Positions 1-7,002 of a stretch of 34,351 nucleotides of DNA are shown one piece after another. Where the stretch lies: positions 1 to 34,351 of IMG/VR virus record IMGVR_UViG_3300016652_000410. The stretch is one strand, 5' to 3'. The translations under genes were made by a program, and so were the position numbers. Position 1 is the first letter of the stretch. Each line of letters opens with the position of its first letter. The notes under the pieces are model-generated. The model had not been told where the DNA came from and did no database searches. It worked only from the letters and a program-made list of their open reading frames with translations. The stretch is from a virus (Duplodnaviria; Caudoviricetes).

Positions 1-171
1 GCCGGTGGTGACCATTTCGGTGTAGAGCAGGGCGTGCTTCGACAGGAGGCGTAGGAAGTATCTGCAATGCCTATCAGTCCAATCCATCATCGGGGCCACA
101 CTGAAGCGGCGAGACGGCTCGGAACGGGCATGGCTAGTGTTTACGGGCGCTTCAGGTTTTTCGAAATTCAT
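1..171 (-). CDS. dusA: tRNA-dihydrouridine synthase A, 5' part (continues left of the window); N-terminus probably phage-supplied
   Basis: Manual translation from ATG at 171: [63 protein letters not shown](M/L)[10 protein letters not shown]...[10 protein letters not shown] is the DusA N-terminal signature. Absent from the ORF track. Confidence 0.93.
   Translation of the reverse strand, partial: MNFEKPEAPVNTSHARSEPSRRFSVAPMMDWTDRHCRYFLRLLSKHALLYTEMVTTG
50..95. other. Approximate att junction within dusA
   Basis: Codons for DWTDRHCR are A/T-ending or rare (GAT TGG ACT GAT AGG CAT TGC AGA), while codons left of about 50 are host-like and G/C-ending (CGC CTC CTG TCG AAG CAC GCC CTG CTC TAC ACC). 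DusA-associated integrases are known to insert in the 5' end of dusA. Confidence 0.55.
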
Positions 172-229
172 TGATACTGATCTTTTATACAGCGGTTTTT
201 ACCCATTTTTCCTTGTTTTCTGAAGTCGG

Positions 230-267
230 TTGCTACAATGTAGCAAGCGAATTCGGCAATGTAGCAA
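230..267. promoter_or_regulatory. Three TGTAGCAA boxes upstream of int; putative integrase arm-type or autoregulatory sites
   Basis: TTGCTACA-A-TGTAGCAA inverted repeat at 230-246 and a third TGTAGCAA at 260-267, between the divergent dusA and int starts. Confidence 0.55.
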
Positions 268-273
268 CTGGAA

Positions 274-1368
274 ATGGGCACGATCACATCACGCAAGCGC
301 AAGGACAACTCGACGGCCTATACGGCGCAGATACGGATCAATCGGGACGGGCGCACAGTTTATCAGGAAAGCCAAACCTTCGACCGAAAGCAGGTCGCCC
401 AGGCTTGGATCAAGCGGCGCGAGACGGAGCTGGCTGAGCCTGGTGCGATTGAGCGCGCAAACCGTAAGGGTGTGACGATCAGAAAGATGATCGAGCAGTA
501 CCTGGATGAGTACGAGAAGATCCGGCCGCTCGGCAAGACCAAGAACGCGACGTTGAAGGCGATCAAGGATACGTGGTTGGGCGACCTTGATGACTCGGCC
601 CTCACTAGTCAGAAACTTGTGGAGTTCGCGCAGTGGCGGATGGGTAAAGAGGGCGGCGGCGTTCAGGCGCAGACGGTCGGCAATGATCTATCGCATTTGG
701 GCGCGGTGTTATCTGTGGCGCGGCCGGCTTGGGGTTATGAGGTGGATCCGTTGGCCATGCCCGACGCGCGCAAGGTGCTGCGCAAACTGGGCATGGTGAG
801 CAAGAGCAGGGAGCGCAACCGCCGGCCGGCCCTAGAGGAGCTGGACAAGCTGATGGAGCACTTCTTTGAAATGCAGGTGCGCCGGCCTGGCTCGATCCAT
901 ATGCCGAAGCTGATCGCCTTTGCAATCTTCTCCACGCGCCGGCAGGAGGAAATCACGCGGATTCGCTGGGAGGACCTCGACGAGTCTCGGCAGGCAGTTC
1001 TGGTGCGCGACATGAAGAACCCCGGGCAAAAAATCGGCAATGATGTTTGGTGTCATCTGCCGGATGAAGCTTGGGCGATTCTGCAGAGCATGCCCAAGGT
1101 TGAAAGGGAAATCTTTCCTTACAACGCCAAGTCAGTGTCGGCGTCCTTCACGCGAGCCTGCCCACTCCTGGGTATCGAGGACCTGCATTTTCATGACCTG
1201 CGGCACGAAGGGGTGAGTCGGTTGTTCGAGATGGACTGGGACATTCCCAGGGTATCGAGTGTATCGGGGCACAGAGATTGGAATTCGTTAAGAAGATATA
1301 CGCATTTAAGAGGTCGAGGAGATCGCTATCAATCCTTTCAGCTAGTAGAAAAGGTGTTGGCACGCTAA
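274..1368 (+). CDS. int: Tyrosine recombinase/integrase, DusA-associated integrase type
   Basis: Catalytic set visible: STRRQEEI (R), DMKNP (K), FHDLRH (HxxR), SGHRDW (H), RRYTH (Y). Divergent from dusA. Confidence 0.95.
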   Translation: MGTITSRKRKDNSTAYTAQIRINRDGRTVYQESQTFDRKQVAQAWIKRRETELAEPGAIERANRKGVTIRKMIEQYLDEYEKIRPLGKTKNATLKAIKDTWLGDLDDSALTSQKLVEFAQWRMGKEGGGVQAQTVGNDLSHLGAVLSVARPAWGYEVDPLAMPDARKVLRKLGMVSKSRERNRRPALEELDKLMEHFFEMQVRRPGSIHMPKLIAFAIFSTRRQEEITRIRWEDLDESRQAVLVRDMKNPGQKIGNDVWCHLPDEAWAILQSMPKVEREIFPYNAKSVSASFTRACPLLGIEDLHFHDLRHEGVSRLFEMDWDIPRVSSVSGHRDWNSLRRYTHLRGRGDRYQSFQLVEKVLAR

Positions 1369-1392
1369 TCAAGGTTTGAGTGGAGTTATAGG

Positions 1393-1422
1393 TTGAAAAT
1401 GGCGCTGATTCACGCATATTAT
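1393..1422 (+). promoter_or_regulatory. Putative sigma70 promoter of the cargo gene
   Basis: TTGAAA (1393-1398), 18 nt, TATTAT (1417-1422); GGAGG at 1459-1463 before the TTG start at 1470. Confidence 0.55.
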
Positions 1423-1469
1423 GTTGGAATGCTAAAAAGTGGCGCGAGAATAATAAATGGAGGTTTAAA

Positions 1470-3038
1470 TTGGCTCTTAAATCGAACTTGGTAAATTTAG
1501 ATGCTTTGATAAAGAGGGCCGATTTTGCCATTGCAGACAATGATTCTGCTCTATTCGAGAATGTTCCTACAATTTCCCTCCGTGACTTTACACCGGGTGG
1601 GATGATTGGCCCCAATCTTCGGAAACCTGATTTTCAGCGCGAGACCAACCACTGGACGCCGGAGCAGGTTGTTTCTCTTTTAGAATGTTTCGTTAATGGT
1701 GATCTGATCCCCTCGGTCATTCTATGGCAGTCACCGACATTCTTATTCGTTATCGATGGTGGGCATCGTCTAAGTGCGTTAAGGGCGTGGGTTGAGGACG
1801 ATTATGGTGATGGGCCTGTTTCTCAACCTTTTTTTGGCTACGATATCTCTGATGCACAAAAACGAGTTGCTAAGAGAACAAGAGAGCTCGTCGCCAAGAG
1901 TGTTGGGACTTGGCAGCATTATCAAGCCAGAAATTTGGATGCTGATTTGGAGCCAGCAGAAAGGAAAAGATTAAATACCGTTGTTTCAAGAGGATTGCCT
2001 ATCCAGTGGGTAAAGGGCGATGCTGACAAGGCAGAGGGATCGTTTTTCAAGATAAATATGAAAGGAACGCCTCTGGATGAAATAGAAGAGTTGTTGTTGC
2101 GATGCCGCCGCAAACCCGTTCCGATTGCAGCAAGAGCAGTCATTCGATCTGGTAAAGGACATAGATACTGGTCCGGTTTTTCAAATGACATTGCTGTTTC
2201 GATTGAAGCTGCTGCGATGAATTTGCACTCAACTTTATTTGATCCTGAATTGCAGCGGCCTATCAAAACGCTCGATCTCCCATTGGGTGGGCCTAAAGGG
2301 ATAAGAGCAGCGCTTCAGGCACTCATTGAGTTTATCCTTATCTCGATACGTAATCAGCAGGGTGTCCCGAAGAATATTGCTGATATGCCTGATGATATTG
2401 ACGGAAGTCTTACCATTAGCTCATTGGAGAGGGCTGTAAGGCTGGCTAAACGCATTACTGGCAATGACGGTGGCAGTTTAGGGTTACATCCTGCAGTCTA
2501 TTTTTATGGTCCGACAGGCCGACATTCAGGCCCTTTGTTCATGGGGACTGTGCTACTGATTGGGGAAAAACTAGCAAATAATGACTCAGGTTTTTTCGGG
2601 CGTTTTACTAGTGTGAGAGCAGAGCTTGAAACTATTTTAATCGATAAAAAAGAGCTCATTGCAACAATTTTGCAGAAGCAGTCAAGCGCTAGGCGTGCAG
2701 GATTATATTCAAAGCTCTTGGACGCGGTCATTAAGGAGCTTCTGAGTGGTGCGGAAGTTACTGAGGAGCAGTTGGTAAGGTTTGCTGGTATGGATGGTAA
2801 GGTTTTCGTAGGCTCAGCCGCTGTTGCGCCAAAGAGTTTTAGTGATGACACGAAGAGTCAAATATTCATCAGTGTAGCGCTTGCATCTGCTATGAAATGT
2901 CCATTATGTGGTGGCTATTTGGATAGCGAGAAATCATTATCTTATGATCATATTATCCGGGCGCGAGAGGGTGGGGATGGCTCTGCCGGTAATTTACAGC
3001 TGACACATCCTTACTGTAATCAATCATTGAAGTGTTAA
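1470..3038 (+). CDS. DUF262 (GmrS/ParB-like) domain plus C-terminal HNH endonuclease; candidate GmrSD-like defence nuclease (moron)
   Basis: N-terminal KPDFQRETNHW...LIPSVILW...VIDGGHRL and FFKINMKGTPL match DUF262 motifs (QR/W, DGQQR-like, FxxxN). C-terminal CPLCG...DHII...GG...NLQLTHPYCN is a zinc-binding HNH. Visibly AT-richer than the phage backbone. Confidence 0.8.
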   Translation: MALKSNLVNLDALIKRADFAIADNDSALFENVPTISLRDFTPGGMIGPNLRKPDFQRETNHWTPEQVVSLLECFVNGDLIPSVILWQSPTFLFVIDGGHRLSALRAWVEDDYGDGPVSQPFFGYDISDAQKRVAKRTRELVAKSVGTWQHYQARNLDADLEPAERKRLNTVVSRGLPIQWVKGDADKAEGSFFKINMKGTPLDEIEELLLRCRRKPVPIAARAVIRSGKGHRYWSGFSNDIAVSIEAAAMNLHSTLFDPELQRPIKTLDLPLGGPKGIRAALQALIEFILISIRNQQGVPKNIADMPDDIDGSLTISSLERAVRLAKRITGNDGGSLGLHPAVYFYGPTGRHSGPLFMGTVLLIGEKLANNDSGFFGRFTSVRAELETILIDKKELIATILQKQSSARRAGLYSKLLDAVIKELLSGAEVTEEQLVRFAGMDGKVFVGSAAVAPKSFSDDTKSQIFISVALASAMKCPLCGGYLDSEKSLSYDHIIRAREGGDGSAGNLQLTHPYCNQSLKC

Positions 3039-3042
3039 ATGC

Positions 3043-3078
3043 AAAAAATAAAGGGGCTCTGAATGCCCCTTTATTTAT
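3043..3078. terminator. Bidirectional intrinsic terminator between the convergent cargo gene and early-left operon
   Basis: AAATAAAGGGGC-TCTGAAT-GCCCCTTTATTT inverted repeat with A/T runs on both sides. Confidence 0.8.
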
Positions 3079-3344
3079 CCTGCACGGTTCATGAGTTTGT
3101 TTTGATCTTTGATCGCTTTTGCACGCTGACAATCTATGTAGTCTGCGAGATCCTTAAGGTGAACGCCGAGGCCAGCTTTTTGACTATTTGGTCCTAGGCG
3201 AACGACCGGTATGTCAATTTCACCGGTAAGTTGCTTTGTTTTGAATTTTTCGACAGTTAAGTTCATATAGTCCGCGCATACCCTATCTAGAGATATTACG
3301 GCTTGGCCGTTGTACTGGGCCATCAAAAGGAAAAGGGTGTTCAT
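3075..3344 (-). CDS. PrtN (pyocin activator)-family DNA-binding protein; probable excisionase/recombination directionality factor
   Basis: MNTLFLLMAQY...VISLDRVCADY...IPVVRL...SQKA...VHLKDLADYID is a PrtN-family pattern. Last gene of the early-left operon, pointing at int. Confidence 0.75.
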   Translation of the reverse strand: MNTLFLLMAQYNGQAVISLDRVCADYMNLTVEKFKTKQLTGEIDIPVVRLGPNSQKAGLGVHLKDLADYIDCQRAKAIKDQNKLMNRAG

Positions 3345-3356
3345 GCAACCTCCTGA

Positions 3357-4112
3357 TTAATGATTGCGGGAAAGCGATTCGAATGCGCTCGCTACCACGA
3401 CTGGAACCTGTCCGTTGCCAATGGCCTTAAGGCGGTCCACCCGATGGGCCATCCCATCAGCCACTCGGCCCATTCCGGGTTCAGATGACCACCATCCAGT
3501 CGCATCACGGCGTGATCCAGGCGATCGTTCGAGCGGTCGGCCCCGGAGCGGCGAGTCAATGCGGCCGGGGAGGATCCCTTTGCCATGCTCGCCACGGGTG
3601 TTGGCCACCGTCTGACGCGTGTCTTCTGCGATGCGCCAGATCCGGTCCCGCTGATGAGGGGCGCCGAGGTCAGCCGCTCCGATAACACCCCATCGCGCGT
3701 CATACCCCATTTCAGCAAGGTCACCGAGCACCAGGGCAAGTCCTCTTCCCACAAGCAATGGTGAGTTCTCCAATTCGACGTAGCGCGGTCGTACCTCATC
3801 GGTAATTCGTGCCATCTGCCGCCACAGTCCGGAGCGGGCGCCGGCGATACCCAGGCCGGCGCCTGCAACCGAGATGTCCTGACAAGGAAATCCTCCCGAA
3901 ACCACGTCAACAAGGCCTCGCCAGGGGCGTCCGTCAAAACTGCACACGTCAGACCAAATCGGGAAAGGCGGGAGCAGTCCATCGGTTTGTCGTTGCGCCA
4001 GAATCTGTGCGGCGTAAGCATCACGCTCAACGGCGCAGACGGTGCGCCAGCCGAGGAGGTGGCCGCCGAGTATTCCGCCACCAGCGCCTGCGAAAAGAGC
4101 CAGCTCATTCAC
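3357..4112 (-). CDS. C5-cytosine DNA methyltransferase, catalytic (alpha) polypeptide lacking motif IX
   Basis: Motif I LFAGAGG, IV GGFPCQ, VI ENS, VIII HQRDRIW, X RLKAIGNGQV. No motif IX in this frame. Confidence 0.9.
   Translation of the reverse strand: MNELALFAGAGGGILGGHLLGWRTVCAVERDAYAAQILAQRQTDGLLPPFPIWSDVCSFDGRPWRGLVDVVSGGFPCQDISVAGAGLGIAGARSGLWRQMARITDEVRPRYVELENSPLLVGRGLALVLGDLAEMGYDARWGVIGAADLGAPHQRDRIWRIAEDTRQTVANTRGEHGKGILPGRIDSPLRGRPLERSPGSRRDATGWWSSEPGMGRVADGMAHRVDRLKAIGNGQVPVVVASAFESLSRNH
3392..4108 (-). CDS. Probable beta polypeptide of the C5 methyltransferase, in an alternative frame fully inside the alpha gene
   Basis: 238-aa open frame whose ATG is 8 nt from GGAGG. C-terminal WPTP...RLDHAV...LNPEWAEWLMGWPIGWT resembles target-recognition region plus motif IX (LTPRECARLQGFP). 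Same arrangement as M.EcoHK31I. Confidence 0.72.
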   Translation of the reverse strand: MSWLFSQALVAEYSAATSSAGAPSAPLSVMLTPHRFWRNDKPMDCSRLSRFGLTCAVLTDAPGEALLTWFREDFLVRTSRLQAPAWVSPAPAPDCGGRWHELPMRYDRATSNWRTHHCLWEEDLPWCSVTLLKWGMTRDGVLSERLTSAPLISGTGSGASQKTRVRRWPTPVASMAKGSSPAALTRRSGADRSNDRLDHAVMRLDGGHLNPEWAEWLMGWPIGWTALRPLATDRFQSW

Positions 4113-4363
4113 GCGGCCTCCAATAATGGACGCTTATACCCCTGAACAAGCTGCGCGGGCGGGCGATTCAGAGCGATTAGCGAGGCTTTGGGTGTGGCTG
4201 CCTCGCGCAGCTTTTCGTGGGGTATCAGACCCTCGGCAGAGCTGCAGGAAGAGGCAATGATGCTTGCTGCTGCGCAGCAGTTGTTGTTTACAGGCGTGGC
4301 GATTCCGTTGTTATTGCGGAGCAAAGCGGGTTGGGGTTGAGTGATGTTCAGTGCGTGCGTCAT
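4109..4363 (-). CDS. Hypothetical phage protein (84 aa)
   Basis: ATG at 4363 overlaps the upstream stop (ATGA) with GGAGGA upstream; its stop overlaps the methyltransferase GTG. Confidence 0.6.
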   Translation of the reverse strand: MTHALNITQPQPALLRNNNGIATPVNNNCCAAASIIASSCSSAEGLIPHEKLREAATPKASLIALNRPPAQLVQGYKRPLLEAA

Positions 4364-4902
4364 GCCGCTTTCCTCCGGTGTTCGATATCGAGTTGATCCA
4401 TCAGGCGCTGGTGATACGCGCTCCGGGCGTCGTTGGGTGGCCAAGGGCGGATGGTTTCGGCTGAAGGTTCGATACCGTCTAGGTAATTGCAGATATCCGC
4501 ATCGGTTGGCATGAGATCGCGGTGCTCGGTGGCCATTGCAATGAGGCTGGCCTGGTACACGCACTCAGGGGTCTCGAGGGGTAGGTCAAATCGCTCGCAA
4601 ATACGTTGCCAGATAAGCTCTTCAAAATGCTGGTGGACGAACATCCACACGCTAGGGGGTTCGTCGATGAGGGCCACATACGCGTCGGCGGCGGCATAAA
4701 GTAGAGCTGCGAGTTTGTGTTCTTCTGGCACCAAGGCGGCAACAATGCAGCTGTGCTGAGCAACACTGTAAAACTCTCGGGCATGGCCGTTGAAATTGCA
4801 CAGATGAGCGAGCGCGTGCGAGATGTCGTGTGGGTCAATCATGATGGTGTCGGGCTTGAACAGTTCGAAGCGTTTGCCGGTAGAAGTCAGAATTTCGTTC
4901 AT
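4360..4902 (-). CDS. YfdR-like HD-fold phosphohydrolase homologue with a degenerate active site
   Basis: ILTSTGKRF...DISHALAHLCNFNGH...FYSVAQHS...ATEHRDL follows the phage YfdR-type family, but LLHDAxEAY reads LLYAAADAY. Confidence 0.8.
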   Translation of the reverse strand: MNEILTSTGKRFELFKPDTIMIDPHDISHALAHLCNFNGHAREFYSVAQHSCIVAALVPEEHKLAALLYAAADAYVALIDEPPSVWMFVHQHFEELIWQRICERFDLPLETPECVYQASLIAMATEHRDLMPTDADICNYLDGIEPSAETIRPWPPNDARSAYHQRLMDQLDIEHRRKAA

Positions 4903-5330
4903 GCAGCGTTCTCCTGATCTGCTGGCTCCAGAAGTGCTGCGATGGCAAGTGCTTGGTTGCGAAGGGTACGGGTGTCGCGTTCCAGTTTTTTGCCCGTGCG
5001 GAAGGCGGCGAACGTCTCGGCCGCGATCCGCAGTTTCTCGGCAATCTCCAGCAGGGTGATCCGTGCAGGTTCTCCAAGCTTCGAGGCCTCTACGGCGCGT
5101 TTGTAAAAGTCGTAGAGTTGTTCGTGGTTGTTATGAGCCTGCTTGAGCGATAGCGTGAGGTTGCGGATCTCTTCAGATTTGTCAGCGCTCTGAACGGCTA
5201 TGCCTTCGCTGTAGCCTTCTGAATAGCCCTCAGTGAGGCCGTTGCTGAATCCATTTCGGTAGGCGAGCCAGTAGATGCCGGCGGTCATGAGGACGATTGC
5301 TATCAGCGCGCAGATTTGAATTGCGGTCAT
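4899..5330 (-). CDS. Hypothetical protein with N-terminal transmembrane helix and GxxxG-spaced repeats
   Basis: Hydrophobic N-terminus, GFSNGLTEGYSEGYSEG, helical remainder; AGGAG RBS; ATGA coupling to the next gene. Confidence 0.75.
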   Translation of the reverse strand: MTAIQICALIAIVLMTAGIYWLAYRNGFSNGLTEGYSEGYSEGIAVQSADKSEEIRNLTLSLKQAHNNHEQLYDFYKRAVEASKLGEPARITLLEIAEKLRIAAETFAAFRTGKKLERDTRTLRNQALAIAALLEPADQENAA

Positions 5331-5386
5331 TTGGTTTGCTCCTGATTCAATTGCGGACTGGTGGCGGCAGTCCTTGGGATGGTGAT

Positions 5387-5704
5387 TTACTCGGTGGTCT
5401 CGGCCTGCTGCGATTGCATTTCTTCGTCGGCTTGGTAGGCGCGAATGTCGATGAGCGATGCGACATGCCGAATGTGTGCGTATTTCGGTGCTTTCCGACT
5501 TGAATCCAGCGTGGTGATCGGAAGCTGGATCCGGCCGCTGTTGATTTCCGACACGAACTTTTGCTCGTTGAGGTTGCGGAAATACTTCTCGCGCACCGTC
5601 TCCAGCGGAATCAGCACGTCACCGAAGGTGCGATAAAGCAGCTCGATGGTGGTGGACTCGGGTGCGGGGCGAAGCCGTAGTAGGGCTTGGGCTGCGTTAC
5701 TCAT
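5387..5704 (-). CDS. PrtN (pyocin activator)-family transcriptional regulator
   Basis: TTIELLYRTFGDVLIPLETVREKYFRNLN...GRIQLPITTLDSSRKAPKYAHIRHVASLID closely follows the Pseudomonas PrtN pattern. Confidence 0.85.
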   Translation of the reverse strand: MSNAAQALLRLRPAPESTTIELLYRTFGDVLIPLETVREKYFRNLNEQKFVSEINSGRIQLPITTLDSSRKAPKYAHIRHVASLIDIRAYQADEEMQSQQAETTE

Positions 5705-5876
5705 GGCTTTTTGTGGCCTCTTTGCGTTGTTTTCTTGCCGGATGGTTCCAGACGTTTAGGCAGTGCCGTTTGGTCAGCTCCCGCAGATGCTCGGGCACCT
5801 CAAGGAGCGCGGCGTTGCGCTCCTCTCGTGTCCGCATGGCGATGATCTGTCGGGCGTATTCCCTAGGCCACGTCAC
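5697..5876 (-). CDS. Small hypothetical phage protein (59 aa), below the ORF-track cutoff
   Basis: Manual translation from GTG at 5876: MTWPREYARQIIAMRTREERNAALLEVPEHLRELTKRHCLNVWNHPARKQRKEATKSHE. Fills the gap and overlaps both neighbours. Confidence 0.65.
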   Translation of the reverse strand: MTWPREYARQIIAMRTREERNAALLEVPEHLRELTKRHCLNVWNHPARKQRKEATKSHE

Positions 5877-6144
5877 GGCGGTCTGCCGGGATGGCGGGTA
5901 GGTCGATGCCGAGTTGTTCAGCCAGCCAGCGGATGCCTGGTTGTTTCACTCTTGTCGATTGGCTGTACTGCATGCCAAACGTTTCGTGAAACCATTGGCC
6001 GTCTTTGACGCGCAAATACTCTTTGTCGCGTGTGGGATATGCAGGCAGGTTGCCCTTGAGCAGGTCTTTCTCCCGCATGAGTGCAACCAGCTTTGGACGG
6101 GTCAGGCCGAGTTGTGCTGCAGCTTGGGCGAGGGTGCGTTCCAT
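5863..6144 (-). CDS. Phage antirepressor KilAC/ANT-like domain protein
   Basis: ATG at 6144 with GAGGGGG RBS; AQAAAQLGLTRPKLVALMREK...NLPAYP...TRVKQPGIRWLA resembles the antirepressor C-terminal domain. Confidence 0.7.
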   Translation of the reverse strand: MERTLAQAAAQLGLTRPKLVALMREKDLLKGNLPAYPTRDKEYLRVKDGQWFHETFGMQYSQSTRVKQPGIRWLAEQLGIDLPAIPADRRDVA

Positions 6145-6154
6145 CGTGCCCCCC

Positions 6155-6745
6155 TCATGCCGCGTGCGCAGCAGGAGTGGCCGCTGCAGCAATGTGGTTG
6201 ATGGACTCGATGATCCTTGCGTAGATTTCAGCATCGGAGTCGTACAGGGTGAAGCATCGCGTGTGCGGGCTTTTATTGCCGATGCTCAAGATGGTGGTAA
6301 CACCGCGTCGCGAATGGGTGCGATGCAACGCCACATGCAGGGGAAGCTCAAAACCCATGTCGAGGCTCAGCACGCCGCCGGTGTGCACCAGTTCGAATAC
6401 GCGTTGCTTGTCCTGGACTTCGAAGCGGCCGTATTGACGATCTGCATGCGGACGCTGCACTAGGGCACTGGTGTTGCTGGCGTCGAACGGACCGTTGGCA
6501 ATCTCTTCGATGAAGTCGGCCAGTTTGAGGTGCATCATCTTGTCATTCTGCAGGGTCAGCGTGTGGCGTTCGCTGCCCAGCTCGACAACAAAAGTGCTTT
6601 TCACTGTGCCGCGTTCAGCCTTGAGGCGGAATGCCAGGCATTCACGCTTAGGTGCTGTTCGCAGGACGTGGTTGAAGGTCTCTGTCAGGTTGACCTGGGC
6701 GTTGAGCAACTGCAGGGTGCGGTTGTCGATCTTGTACTTAATCAT
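6155..6745 (-). CDS. Hypothetical phage protein (196 aa)
   Basis: Open frame with GGAGG RBS and ATGA coupling in the early-left operon; no family recognised. Confidence 0.75.
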   Translation of the reverse strand: MIKYKIDNRTLQLLNAQVNLTETFNHVLRTAPKRECLAFRLKAERGTVKSTFVVELGSERHTLTLQNDKMMHLKLADFIEEIANGPFDASNTSALVQRPHADRQYGRFEVQDKQRVFELVHTGGVLSLDMGFELPLHVALHRTHSRRGVTTILSIGNKSPHTRCFTLYDSDAEIYARIIESINHIAAAATPAAHAA

Positions 6746-6918
6746 GCCGCGTGCCCTCCGTCATTCGGATCGAAAGGGAGGGGCTGGGATTTGGCTATCA
6801 GCTTGGGTTTGCTGTTATGAATGATGACCAGGCAGCCGGTGGCTGACTGCAGCTGCTCGATCATCTTTTTGTTGCTGACGCACGCCGGATGGACGTGGAG
6901 GGTTGCGCAGGTTTGCAT
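6742..6918 (-). CDS. Small hypothetical protein (58 aa), first gene of the leftward operon
   Basis: Manual translation MQTCATLHVHPACVSNKKMIEQLQSATGCLVIIHNSKPKLIAKSQPLPFDPNDGGHAA; GAGG 7 nt upstream; stop overlaps the next ATG. Confidence 0.65.
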   Translation of the reverse strand: MQTCATLHVHPACVSNKKMIEQLQSATGCLVIIHNSKPKLIAKSQPLPFDPNDGGHAA

Positions 6919-6953
6919 GGTTTTGCCTCGCTCTGTGGTGAAAGAGTGAGGTA

Positions 6954-6995
6954 AATATCACGCAGTGTGTTTTTTAAGCCAACACGAAATGTGAT
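6954..6995 (-). promoter_or_regulatory. Leftward early promoter with two repressor operators (pL/OL-like)
   Basis: Minus strand TTGGCT (6982-6977), 17 nt, GATATT (6959-6954). 15-bp imperfect palindromes ATCACGCAGTGTGTT (6957-6971) and AACACGAAATGTGAT (6981-6995). Confidence 0.7.
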
Positions 6996-7002
6996 TATTT
7001 TG

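Noticed and set aside
171-475. Short plus-strand ORFs 171-437 and 230-475
   Set aside because: They overlap int out of frame and the dusA/int regulatory region; no coding features.
4109-4564. 151-aa version of the ORF upstream of the MTase
   Set aside because: Would overlap the HD gene by about 200 nt; ATG at 4363 has an RBS and ATGA coupling.
4109-6918. Many early genes ending in Ala-Ala-stop with similar DNA (GCGGCATGA and variants)
   Set aside because: Explained by overlapping RBS and ATGA translational coupling, common in phage operons.
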